A stretch of DNA of 56,626 nucleotides, filler included, from Basidiobolus ranarum (taxonomy: Eukaryota): the NCBI GenBank assembly GCA_040143965.1. It is 6 parts of 6 records of this genome, joined end to end, with 100 filler letters (N's around TTAATTAATTAA, not from the genome) between each part and the next. Parts side by side here need not be neighbours in the genome. Positions count along the whole stretch, not along the records: positions 37,843 to 47,191 come from JASJQH010007714.1; positions 47,292 to 56,626 come from JASJQH010007715.1; 4 more parts are not named here. One strand, written 5' to 3'. The position numbers and the translations under genes are program-made. A model generated the notes under the pieces. It made no database searches. It worked only from the letters and a program-made list of their open reading frames with translations, and was not told the DNA's origin. Positions within the stretch are counted from its first letter, which is position 1. Each line of letters opens with the position of its first letter. Of the stretch, positions 38,204-49,882 are shown one piece after another.

Positions 38204-38607
38204 CTTAGTTAGATTTTTTATCCCCACCACAGTTGGTCATGGTTCTGCATAGGATTTAAGCTATAATAAATCTCGCCAACTTGGGCATTACATATGTACA
38301 CCTTCGTTGTTGATAATTTACACTTGCAAATGTTATCCAATTTTCAAGAGAGTTTTACTCTTTTTGTTTCAATCGTAGAATGTGTCAATGGATGCACTCG
38401 TCAATCGTAAATTCGAAGTGAACCAAAGCTGTTACCTTCACAGTATAGTAAACTTCAACAATTGATTTGCTAGTTAATTAATGATATCTCATTATCTTAC
38501 CATATACATAATTCAAGGGGATATAAATCAATATTAGATGGAACCTAACAAAGTCTGATATTCCGTTATTTTTCATTCCTGCCTTACTTTACAAACGTAA
38601 TTTAATC

Positions 38608-39392
38608 ATGTCAGCTACAAGCGAGACGATTCCCAACACTGAAGAAACCCCGACCACGGAGGCTGAGAATATCGAGGTACTGTATTCAATTTGAGCAGAT
38701 GAGGATACTTTTTAACTATACAGCAAACATTTTTTTAACTCTTGTGAATTGTTAGACACCCGTAATCCAATCAAAAGTAAACCAAAATCTCTTGAACAGT
38801 TTTATTTTTACCCTTTCCTTAACCTTTACTCCTTCAGAAAGTCTTTGATGTTGATCAAGTGACGACCATTTTGAAACAGGTACCATAGTATAGAACACCA
38901 ATATGCACCATGTTACAAAGATACTAATTTTTTTTCCAATATGTAAGGCAGTCGAAAATACCATAATTGACCAGACGTATGTTCATGCTCACGTAAAAGA
39001 ATGGAACAATACTATAATAGAGAATTGCTTGAAGAAATTAGCCCTCTTGAACAAATCAGTGAAATATATTGGTAAGGGACTTTTTTATTTGGTAGTTGAT
39101 GACCACTTCGAACTGAGAATTACCTATTCGGTATATTTCTAAACATATAAGCTCACAACTTCTCTTAGTTAACTGCTCCATTCTCGAGAATAATGGCTCT
39201 GGTATACATACTGCGAATACATGTTATTGGGACGATTCACATGATGGTATGTGAACTGAATTTTATGGAAGCGAATACTTTGCATCTCTTTTCTAATCCA
39301 AAATCCATAACCTACTTGTAGCTATGGCAACATACAAATTCTCCAACGACGTGGTCCATGTTGTTATAACCGCGTACGGGTGTGCTGTATAA
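38608..39392 (+). CDS. Dynein light chain, Tctex-1 family
   Basis: Exons 38608-38676, 38756-38776 (putative), 38838-38879, 38948-39071, 39169-39246 and about 39322-39392 give VFDVDQVTTILKQAVENTI..YVHAHVKEWNNTIIENCLKKL..KYIVNCSI..NGSGIHTANTCYWD. Confidence 0.88.
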
Positions 39393-39669
39393 GTCATTTG
39401 CTTTAATGCTAGGGCTATAAATGATACACATAATATTCATATCGGTGGCTAACAAAAAAGATATAACCATGTGTGGGGGAATATACATATATCTATTTAA
39501 ATTAAAACTTGACTACAACGTTATAAACAAAAGCAAGTATTAGGAAGTAATAAACCAAGAAACAAAAAGGTAGTTTTACAAGTTTAAATGATAAAAGACG
39601 TAGATCTATGAACTATTGTCTGGTGTGTGTGGTTTGAACAATGAAAACGCAAGCAGCATCTCTAGGATA

Positions 39670-41019
39670 CTACCGGCTATTGTGTCGAATCATTCCAGGA
39701 TGTGGAAAGTTGAATCCAAATCTAGAGACTGGGTTTGTATTGGTTCTCTGTAGGAGGTTATGTGAAATGGTAAGTCTGTGTTCATGGATTAATGGAATAT
39801 GCGTATCTTGTTGTACCTGAGGAATATGCATTAAAGAGCGACCATACACCAGTGGTGGTCGAATGAATCCAGGTGCCATTCTAAAATCACGGTCTGCAAT
39901 TATCAATCATTAGTAAAAGTAACGAATGATCCTAGGAAACAAAAAAATATCTACCATTATAATATCCATTACGTCCTCGGTTCTGAATTAAAAATTGAAT
40001 AGAGAATTAGTCATGGTGTCTTCTAGATGAGATAGGCCAAAGTTTTTATAATTACAGGATATTGCGATACAAAGCCGCGCCCTCTGCTTGGAAAATGAAA
40101 TGCACCTCCTCCTCGAGTATTAGCACCTGTGCGAGAGTTCTTACGATAGCCATTAGGGGCATTATTGTAACTGGAAGGTGGAGCATTAACGGGGCTACGC
40201 CTTCTCTTAAAGGTAGGATTTGGGGCGCTAAAGGAGTCCTCTCGTGAATGTGTATTGTCTTGTGGTTTCTTATTTTCACTGGCTTCTAAACCTACTCAGT
40301 AAAGCTCTATTGGAATTGAGATAAATTAATCATAACGTGAAAAGTTTGAATACCTATTGGACTGGGTGATTTAGTTATTACAGTAGCTGTGATTTCTGCG
40401 TCACTAGGTAATGAATATCATGGGTAAGTAAGGCTTGTTGTGAAGCAAATACCAAGCAAAATAGCAGTGAAATCATAATAATAAAGTTAATCTCAACATA
40501 CTCTTCGGAATCGCTTTCCTGTACTGCTCCTTCTTCATTTTCATCCGAAATTATCCTTTTAAAGGCAATAAAGAGTTTGTGCTTTTCTTCTTTCAATTTC
40601 TCGATCTTTTTTACTATATTTTCTTCTTCAAGTTGAAGCTCTGCTAGGGTAGCCTTGTTTGAGTTTGTTTTAGAGAGTGTTTCGTGGGTTTTTTCGTCCA
40701 TAGAGACATCGGCATTACCCGAGGAATTCATATTATCCACCTCGTTAGAGGCTGATGGTGTGTGGGGAGGTGGATCTTTGGGGGGAAGGGGCATCTCATT
40801 CGAGCTTGTTGTAGAGGGATACTGTGTATCAGGTGTATTGCTGAGAGATGTAGGTATGGTAGTGTGATTATCTTCTATATCTATTTCTTGGCTTTCATCC
40901 TCAGAACCAGTCAAAGCATCTTCTTTTATCTGTATTTTTCTGTGTGATATGGCTTTTTTCAAAGCTTCTAATCTTTTCGGCTCAATTGTAGACTTGTTAA
41001 GTTGGACTAGAACTGCCAT
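39670..41019 (-). CDS. Coiled-coil plus low-complexity protein resembling GPS2 (G protein pathway suppressor 2)
   Basis: Five exons splice in frame from ATG 41019. TLAELQLEEENIVKKIEKLKEEKHKLFIAFKRIISDE resembles the GPS2 coiled coil as I recall it. The C-terminus is R/G/P/N-rich. The gene model is solid; the family call is tentative. Confidence 0.6.
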
Positions 41020-41910
41020 ATTTCGGGTTAAAAAGAGTAAAACGAAATAAATATTTTTTTGGATAAAAGTAACTTTTTTCAAACCAAGTTGTGCCGTAGT
41101 CAGTTCAAACTCAGAGTAACTGGTTTCTTTTTTTCATATCGATTCAATTCCAAATCACCATTCAGAGGAATTGCGATCTAGTCACGAGTTAATCACGATA
41201 TGATTCTGCTCAGTTGATCTGGGATCGTCACCTCCTCGGGCTGGGGACCAGCCAATAGAGAATATCCATTCGTGATCTTCCGCGGATTTAGCTAGGATAG
41301 CTCAGACCCCTCCATGTCATTCTCATGGTTGGACCGTTGATTGGTGAACTCACGTGTATCTTTTTGGCGCCATATATTCGTGTCTGTCGATTAGTTTAAT
41401 TTACTTATCCACCATATTTCGGATATAAACGCGTTGGTTGTCTGATCAGCATTGCCTTTGTTTCTAAGCCATTTACACATATATATATATGTCCAGCCAC
41501 TCTAAGTCACAGATCAATTATACACAGACAATCAAACAAATGGAAAATAGATTAAAACTCGAACAATCCAATCCGGAATATGGAAGCCAGTAATATACCA
41601 GAACAAACAAAGAAAGGCAATTATTAATGTAGTTTCCGAACAGACAAATCATCATTGGTGATTTGATCCAATTGATCTCATTGTTTGACCTGGCATCGAT
41701 ATCTTTATTAAATAGACCTATTTCTTACTAGATTCCCAGCGACTATTTTTATTAAGTTTGTGTACCATTCATTTGTGAGCGTTTTGTTCTGATTAGCTAC
41801 TACTGGCAGTCGTCAGCCGGTCAGCTAGCTGGTTTCAATAAATATTAACCTTCTTCATATCGGTTCGCGATTTTTGGATTTTGATCTTCTTCACTTTTCA
41901 CGATTCGATC

Positions 41911-44213
41911 ATGCTAAAAGAGAGTCTACTCACTCCACCGATATCCACTGTGTATCAAGAAAATGCCCAGCGACCTAAAGAGGAGGCTGTGACCGTTATT
42001 CAGCGCTGGTGGAGAGGCCGTGCTTTTGCCTCTTTCATCAGAGAATACAATCGCTTTAACATTACTCTACGTCGATTACAACGATTACCCGTAGAGACCG
42101 TTATGGAACTAATCCAATCTAAATCTCTTATTTTTGTCACTTCTAAACTATTACATCGTATTCGGCGTTGTCCCATCTCCGCAAATTCACTTAACCGATA
42201 TAAAAACTTGGCAAAGCAATTTTTAACTGCATATTTGATGGTAGCTCACTCACAAGAGGTGTTAACGGGTCAAAATAAGCAAGAGGAGGTAAATTCCCAG
42301 TTACGAGCAAATGCTTACTTTTAAAAGCTATTAACTTAATATTCTCGCGTTTTAGGAGTTAGTCCTCACCGGTTTGGCGATGATTCAAAGTTTTGAAACG
42401 TGGTCAAGAAAATACTTTAACTCTGATGGCAACCTCTTTTTACAGACTTTCATTGAAAACCTTAAAACATATTATGAAATCTTTGAAGTATGGAAGCAAA
42501 AAGATAACGAAAAAATTATCACCAGTATGATTAGTCATTACTTGGAGTTAGATAATCTTTGGGTAACTGTTAAAAGTCATCCATCTGCAGTCTCTCAGTA
42601 CGAACCACAGTTGAGTGAGAATCGTAAGGAGCTAGAACAGCAAATATTTAAAGTAGGGGGTCGTGAAGCGCTGACCAAACTATTTCAGGAGCGTCAAAAA
42701 GCTCGCGATGCCCAAGTAGGAGAGTCTTCATCTCCCGAAGACTCACAAAGCTCTCCTCCTGACAGTATACCTGCTTCGTTCGCAGAGTATAGCCATGACG
42801 ATTCTGAGTCGTCAGATATTGAATCGGAAACTAATTTCAAAAAGTTGCAGCTTGCACGTATTGACCGGCAGATCACCAACATTTTGATAGGCTTTACAAG
42901 CGAGGAGATGTTGACTAATGAGCAGTTGGCTCATGAGCTTTTACTTGACCCAGATTTCGAGTTGGCTATTGCTAAGGGCACTGAGCTTGAAGAACGGGTT
43001 CGGGAGATGGCTACCAAAGCGTTTTTTGACACGGCCCGAGAGGAGTTCAGCCAAGGGAAATATACGGTCTGGCTGCCACAGCTGTTAGTTGATATAAAAA
43101 ATGTAAGGTTCATTGGCATAATCGTCTTTTAAATCCATTCTAATGATTATTTTCCAGCGACTTCTTGAGCTAGTTTCCCGATTGAGTCCAATCTACACGG
43201 AGATCCAAGATGTAGTGGATATTGAGTTGATTACGCAACAAATTAAATCCGGATCGTACGATGTTTCCAAGTTGATGAGGTTTATAACTCAAACCATGTT
43301 GCATTTATGTGCACCAGTACGTGATCAAGCCATCCGTAACATTCAGGAGATGACTGATTTAGCAACCGTGTTCCAGCGCTTGATAGAAATCTTACAAGAC
43401 ATGAGGCTTGATCTGGCCAATTACCGATTGCACCTTCTACGTCCTGTAATACAGGAGTATGGAATCGAGTACGAAAGAGAGAAGTTTGATGTCACACTGA
43501 GAGCTAAGATGGTAACATTGGAGCGCACTAACAAATGGTTGCGCGAGTCGGTCAAGACTTTGAGGAACAAGCAGCAACAGAGCAATCCAAGCACCAATAT
43601 TCGCTTTGAATATGTTTACTACGATGCTCTTATCTCTACAGTATTCAGCATGACCGTGGTCCATCACGAAAATTGTCCTGAAACGCTCTTGCTCGATGTC
43701 GACCGTTTGTACGAATACCAGAACGAGTCCCAGGCAATCACCATTGTGGCTGCGTTGTTAATGCTTAGTAAGAACATTGTGCCGGAGTTCAGAAGAAATC
43801 AAGCTCTGGTCACCGAGCTGAAGGATCGTCTATTTGTTCTACTGAAAGATCCGGGAACCATATTGGATAATCTTACCGTTCAGCTCATCGCTTCATTATC
43901 GCAAGCCTCTCCTAGCAAATCGCTCACTCGAGAGAATCAAGAGTTTATCCGCAATATGGTAGACAAAACACTTTCATCCAAAGATCCGGTGTATGCATTG
44001 CTCTCCCGTCGTATATCTGAGGTGCTTTTCCAGCATCTGTCGACGGGGCGTTTTCCTCAGCCTGAGGACCTAATCAGCTATGGCATAGAGGGGGTCTCTG
44101 TACAGCTTCAATCGCTCAGTAACAAGTTGGTAATGCTAGCAAACCACAATCGGGAAGTATACGCGCATCATTATAACGATCTTATCCGTGAATGTGTACG
44201 AGAGGGGGTATAA
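41911..44213 (+). CDS. T-complex protein 11 (TCP11/Sok1-like) protein with N-terminal IQ motif
   Basis: IQRWWRG; KQFLTAYLMVAH; NEQLAHELLLDPDF; MATKAFFD; LCAPVRDQAI; MRLDLANYRL; IEYEREKF; PETLLLDVDRL. Two short introns near 42289-42355 and 43103-43158. Confidence 0.92.
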
Positions 44214-44629
44214 CAATTCCCCAGAAGCCCCTCTCATGATTTCAGTTGGTTTATTCTCGTCCATATTTTACTCCCTTGTATTACTATGTAAATTTCCACT
44301 TTCAACTATATTGCGAATGTTCCACACTTTTGTCCTTACTAACAGATGGTTTCCTGTCCTTATAATTCACTGTAACCTATACATCAAGAAGCACACCACC
44401 CACCCCTTGAAATAAATCGTAATTCGCACCGTAAGGGTCGGATACATCCTCATTATTGGAAACCATATAATTTACTTTCAAGCCAAACAAAGTCACATTT
44501 CCAAGGACTGTTACAATCGAATTAGTAAATAAATAAATCAACAACAACCAATAAAGTACAGTAACAAAGAAGTCATTGGGGAATGAGGAATTATGGTACT
44601 CCGGTGGCAATTCACTGGCCAACTGGCAA

Positions 44630-46155
44630 TCAATTGAATAGCATCTCATCTAGCTTGGAAATCACCTGGAATAAGAGTTTAGCTACCTGTACAGATAGTG
44701 GGAATTCTGATGGGTTGTCAAGTACAATACCTGGTGGATATCTGGCCTTTGTTTGATGTTGAGCGCCAACATATATCGAATAAGCTCACGGAGATGCTCA
44801 GAGTATCTGCAAGAAAGTAGGCTTTGGTCAGTCTTACATACTAGGGGCTAAGGACTAGGATTAGATGTTCATACAAATCATCGCTGGGGAAATTGTATTT
44901 GCAATTCTGGACAGCAAGGGCGATGCTTCCGCCTTGTTCATTTTGATTCGCTTCAAACGGTGATTGTCCATAGGTCATAGCATACAGTAAACAACCTAAC
45001 GACTAATAGAGGTGTCACTATCAGATCAGAGTATATATATATGTATGTATATGCTTCGAACTCACCCAAATGTCCACTTTTTCGTTCAGTACACTTCCAG
45101 TTTTCACATCAAACAGCTCCGGTGCTCTATAGGCCATGGTGGAGTATTCCGCAGCTCGGTCCTATCTTGTGTGAGTGATGATACTGGTCAATATATGCTT
45201 ATAATGATTTCTACCTGCTCTAGTAAGGCTTGTTGACGGGTTTTGATGGTCTGTTGTGCACGAATTACGCTGCCAAAATCCATCAGAATCGGAGTCCCAT
45301 CATCCCCGATAATGACATTACTAATGAAAAGAGGATCAATTGAAGTTCAAACTAATATGTGGGAGATGGGAGATACCTTGGCTTGATATCACGATGAGCA
45401 TAGGCTACTCGGTTATTTTCGTCACCAGAGCCAGCAAACTCAGCTGGATTATCCGAAATCACCGGGATATTTGGTAATTCGAAAGTATGAAGTTCGCGTA
45501 CCGCCAGACATATACCATGAAACATCTTCAAAATCTTTTTCTCGGGAAGTTGAAGATGATTCATCACATTAGCGGATAAAATATCTTGTAGAGTTCCATT
45601 CTAGGAATGAGGTTCGTCCATAAATTCTCTTGATATTCTTTTGAAATCTTGGTTATTCCTTACCTTATAATAGGGAAGGAATATATACACTACTTTGTCC
45701 CCATTTTTCTCCTGGCTAACACAATTGTCCTGTACATAGAGAGGTGTTAGTTATATTGAGGATACGCTCACTCTGAACTTTCAAAATCAATACGTACCAT
45801 AACCCGAATGATGTTAGGGTGAGAAAAAAGCTTATATAATTCTGCTTCACGCATGGCATCTTTAAACGAGTCCGTACCCAAGGGACATTGAATTTTTTTA
45901 AGAGCAAACTGACGGCCAGTAGTAGAATCTTTCACCAGATAGACCATGCTAAATCCACTTTATATAAAAGCCGTTTAATGGTTGAAGGATTTCCATGGAT
46001 AACACTTCAAAAAACAATCTCTTTTACCCTTCACCAAGTAACTTCATAATTTTAAAGCTACGTCCGTTTATATTAAGAACGGGTAAGGGAATGCAGCTAG
46101 ACATGCCCATATAAACCAAACTTTTGAGTCCGGAAGTTGCTTTTGATAACGCCAT
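44630..46155 (-). CDS. Ser/Thr kinase, STK16/Env7 (NAK family)
   Basis: Spliced: LNINGRSFKIMKLLGEGGFSMVYLV, FALKKIQCP, AYAHRDIKPSNVII, ILMDFGS, AAEYSTMAYRAPELFDVKTG, EKVDIWSLGC, QGGSIALAV. Confidence 0.92.
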
Positions 46156-47052
46156 CGTTGCAAGGTAAAGGAGGGAAAGGTTCAAACAGAAATAACTTGT
46201 TTCCTTTAAACTAAGAACTTTCTGTTATTGATAGAGTTTAGGTATATGTTAACAAATGGGTTATTCACTTCTTTTCTTTAAAATATTCCAAAAATATTGA
46301 CTCTGTTGGTACGTATGAAAGTTAAGCTTGACTTGTATTGGAGCAGGGAGAGTTGATCAATATAGTAAACTTGCCAAGATAATTCGAATTAAACTGTGTG
46401 GTTGAACTCACGTTATGATAATCAAAAAGTTGGAGTGAGTCCTTAAATTAAAATATCACTAATTCAATTGAAAGTAGTTCACTTATATCAACCAACATTA
46501 GAGTCACTTTCCTTCATAAAGAATTTGTTTACACCTGGCCATCTGTTCTGCATATGGGGTGCATAAATTTCAACAAATACCAGGAGTAGCAATCGAAGTA
46601 CTAATGATATTATGGAAAGTGTATCGGTCCAGTAGACTTTTCATAAACCAAATACTAGTGCTAGTAAACAGTACTTGATTTGATTCAAATATACGTACAT
46701 GCTATAGAGTTAACACTCCACATAGCTTGCTCCAACAAATCTCAGGAGTGATGCATACTGCATTAACAGTAACATGTTAAAAATCACTTCAAGCTTGCAT
46801 TTCAACCAACTGAATTCGAAATTATCAAATTGTCAGTCATATGCTAGAGCACATGCTTACAACGAACCATAAATTGAAGATTATATGTTATTGAAACGAG
46901 CTGTGCGCGTGTTTTTAATGAGATTAAAATTCTAATTAAGGGTGATTTGTAAGCTCAGTAGAGTATACAGTAAATGTAATATATAACGCAAGTGATACGA
47001 TTACAATTGTGAAAGTGATGTTAATATATATGAAACATGATGGTTAAATCGC

Positions 47053-47191
47053 TTAACCGCGGTTAGTGAACAAACTACCAGAGCCTTCTTGGACAATGGC
47101 AATCTTACGAATGGCATTGGTAATGGCGGCAGTACGATAACAAGTGTTGAGCTCGTTAGCAGTAGCTCTGGTTTCTTGACAAGCGTTGATC
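47053..47191 (-). CDS. C-terminal fragment of a GLUD1-type (animal/mitochondrial-like) glutamate dehydrogenase
   Basis: INACQETRATANELNTCYRTAAITNAIRKIAIVQEGSGSLFTNRG* resembles the GDH terminal helix (RTAAxxNAIxK). Highly biased codons. Not in the ORF track. Confidence 0.72.
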
Positions 47192-47291
47192 NNNNNNNNN
47201 NNNNNNNNNNNNNNNNNNNNNNNNNNNNNNNNNNNTTAATTAATTAANNNNNNNNNNNNNNNNNNNNNNNNNNNNNNNNNNNNNNNNNNNN
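47192..47291. other. Artificial contig-joining linker
   Basis: N44-TTAATTAATTAA-N44. Confidence 0.97.
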
Positions 47292-47311
47292 GATTAGTTT
47301 ATATGACTATT

Positions 47312-47890
47312 TAGTTGAGGGAGAGTGTTGAAATTAGCATTGCCTAAGCACCTATATAGTCATATATAGCTTAGTACTTAGTTATCTTATAATTTACTAA
47401 GATATTATCTATTATTCTCAATTGGAATTTACTTAGAATATTTTTACCAACTTGGAAGTTCACAGATATATAGATTGTTCAAACTTGTGCTAGAAGCCCC
47501 AAACTTTGCACACATGTTCCTGGGACATTCCTTAACATATTTTATATGTTAGTTTGTTTACATCTTGACAAGACTATAAATGTCAACTTTCTACTCAATA
47601 AATCAATAAGTGAAAACCACCATTTCTCTAATTCTCCAAACCACTTCCAACAGGCTCCCAAATACTTTAACAATAATTGTGTGAAATTTGAGTCATGTTT
47701 TTTGCACATGTGTTGATCCATAGTTCTCTGAGATTGTAGCCAATCATGAGCAACTATTTTGCAATTAAAATCAAATCTAACTGGATGATTTGATGATGGT
47801 AAGTAAATAGTCAATCCCAAATGGATTAAAATTGTAACAGTTTTTCTACAATCACAATTCTCAAATTTCTGTCAGGGTGTATGGAGCAAA
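47312..47890. repeat. Mosaic of repeat fragments: PPT plus LTR start (TGTTGAAATT at 47326), a CACTA fragment (about 47436-47580) and an unidentified repeat
   Basis: AGTTGAGGGAGAG-TGTTG junction. 47436-47580 matches 31780-31920; 47679-47764 matches 7736-7820 inverted. Confidence 0.65.
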
Positions 47891-47894
47891 TCAC

Positions 47895-49199
47895 AAAATC
47901 AAAGTTTATTGTGATCATAAGAATCTTCAATATTTTAGTATAACCAAAGTTCTTAACCATTATCAAGCAAGATGATCATTATTTCTTGCCAGTTTTAATT
48001 TTGTGATTACATATTGAACAGGTAGCCAGCAAGGAAAAACTGATGCCTTATCATGTAGAGCAGAATATCAGCCTAAAGAAGGAGATGAGGCCTTTGGCCA
48101 ACAAAATACTTCCTTACTGAAGCACCACCAACTTCAAATTGGTGCAACTGCCCTTTCTCTGCCTAGTACATGCACATTCCATGAAGACATCTGCTGACTT
48201 TACTCTGAAGACCTATTGGTAACATCAATCAAGAAAGCCCAGGAAACACCCAAAGGCCTCTCAAGCTCAAACTTGTACCACCATTTCTCTATCATCAATG
48301 ACCTCTTTGATAAGAAGCACCTTTACATTCCAGACCACACTTCCAGACTCAAACTCATGCAGGAAAAATATGACTCACTACTAGCAAGACACTTTGGTGT
48401 TGCCAAATCATATGTGTTGGCATTTGTGGATTATTGGTGCCCCAAAACCTTTGAATTTGTCAAGACTTATGTTTTCACCTATGATACTTGTGATTGAGTG
48501 AAGACTCCTAGACATCAGCCCTATGGCCTCCTACAGCCACTTCCAACTCCTGATCAGCAGTGGAAATCCGTATCCCTGGATTTCATAGCTGATCTACCCT
48601 TGTCCTCCAAATATTATTCAATTCCAGTAATCATTGACCATCTAACAAAGATGGCCCACTTTGTGCCCTGCAACAAGTCAATTGATGCAAAACAAATGGC
48701 AGAATTGGTAACTCGAAACATCTTCCACCTACATGGACTTTGTGAAACTATCATCTCTGACCAAGGACCTCAGTTTGCTTCCAAATTCTAGAAAAGTCTC
48801 CTCCATAACATGGGTATTTCTGCCAATATCCCCACTGCCTTCCATCCTCAATCTGATTGCCAAATAGAGAGAGTCAATCTAGTTTTGGAACCATATTTGC
48901 GATGCACTATCAATTATAAGAAGGATATTAGGACAAAACTCTTGCCTCTTGCTGAATTTGCTTTCAACAACTCTTATCCTACCTCAACATAACAAACACC
49001 TTTCTTTGCAAATTATGGATTCCTTCCTTGTTTCACAATTCACTGGCCATCCAATCAACCTTGCCCTGCGGCCTCACCATGCCACTTTCCTTGAGGACAT
49101 CCATAAACAATTAATATCCAAGTTGGAGCATGCTCAATCCCAATACAAGAACTCTGCTGATAAGAAAAGAAAGCCAAGCCCAAATCTCAAGCTGGGAGA
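47895..49199 (+). mobile_element. Decayed Ty3/gypsy pol fragment (RNase H end plus integrase)
   Basis: CDHKNLQYF, QAR*SLFL, KTDALS, HFGVAK, PYGLLQPLPTP..WKSVSLDFI, DHLTKMAHF, IISDQGPQFASKF, TAFHPQSDCQIERVN, AEFAFNNS. RH-then-IN order indicates gypsy. Confidence 0.93.
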
Positions 49200-49882
49200 T
49201 TATCTATTGAAGCTGGCCATACTGTTACCGTTTTAGTTCGTGATTCTAGCAAGTTGGACTCACTTGGTGAAGAGAGCAAAGCTAAAATCAGAATTGTTGA
49301 GGGCGACGTGAATGATATAGAGAAAGTAAAGGAGGTAGTAGAGGGACAGCAGGTTGTGGTCAGCGCAATTGGTAAGGGCAATTTTGACAATATCGGACAT
49401 GCTTTTGAACTCTAATCAGTTTACTTTGGTAATTAGGAGGTGCTATGGACTTTAGTAACCCTTTGAGTCCAACTCTGACCGACCCACACATCTGCCACAA
49501 TGCTATCACAAATATTATATCAGCAATCTCCGCCGTTCCAAATCCTCCAAGTCGCCTTATCGCACTGTCCAGTACAGGAATCTCAGAGACGCGTGATATT
49601 CCTTATGTTTTCTTTCCACTCTACCACTGGATGTTATCCGTTCCGCATAAAGATAAAAAGCAAATGGAGGAAGCTATCGTTGAGGCAGGAGAGAAAGGCA
49701 TTATTAAAGAGTGGATAATTGTCAGACCAGGATTACTTACTAATGATGTGAAGACAGAAAAATATCAAGTTGGTGAGAACTTAATAGGCTATTTGGTTTC
49801 TAGAGAAGACGTTGGTGACTTTGTGACCAAAAACTTGGAGAGTAACGATTGGGTTGGGAAGTATCCAGTTTTAGTTAATTGA
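49200..49882 (+). pseudogene. 5'-truncated NAD(P)-binding Rossmann protein (flavin reductase/BLVRB-like, NAD_binding_10 type)
   Basis: LSIEAGHTVTVLVRDSSKL...IVEGDV...VVVSAIG| intron 49372-49436 |...RLIALSSTG...PHKDKKQME...WIIVRPGLL...VSREDVGDF. The frame is intact, but the start codon and GxxGxxG are replaced by gypsy DNA. Confidence 0.75.

Noticed and set aside
37994-38230. 78-aa hydrophobic ORF antisense to RPL29
   Set aside because: Mirror frame caused by the strong codon bias of RPL29.
40378-41082. 234-aa ORF with a hydrophobic C-terminal membrane anchor
   Set aside because: The hydrophobic tail is read-through into intron 1 (GTATGT donor at 40501), and the listed start is a non-ATG codon upstream of ATG 41019.
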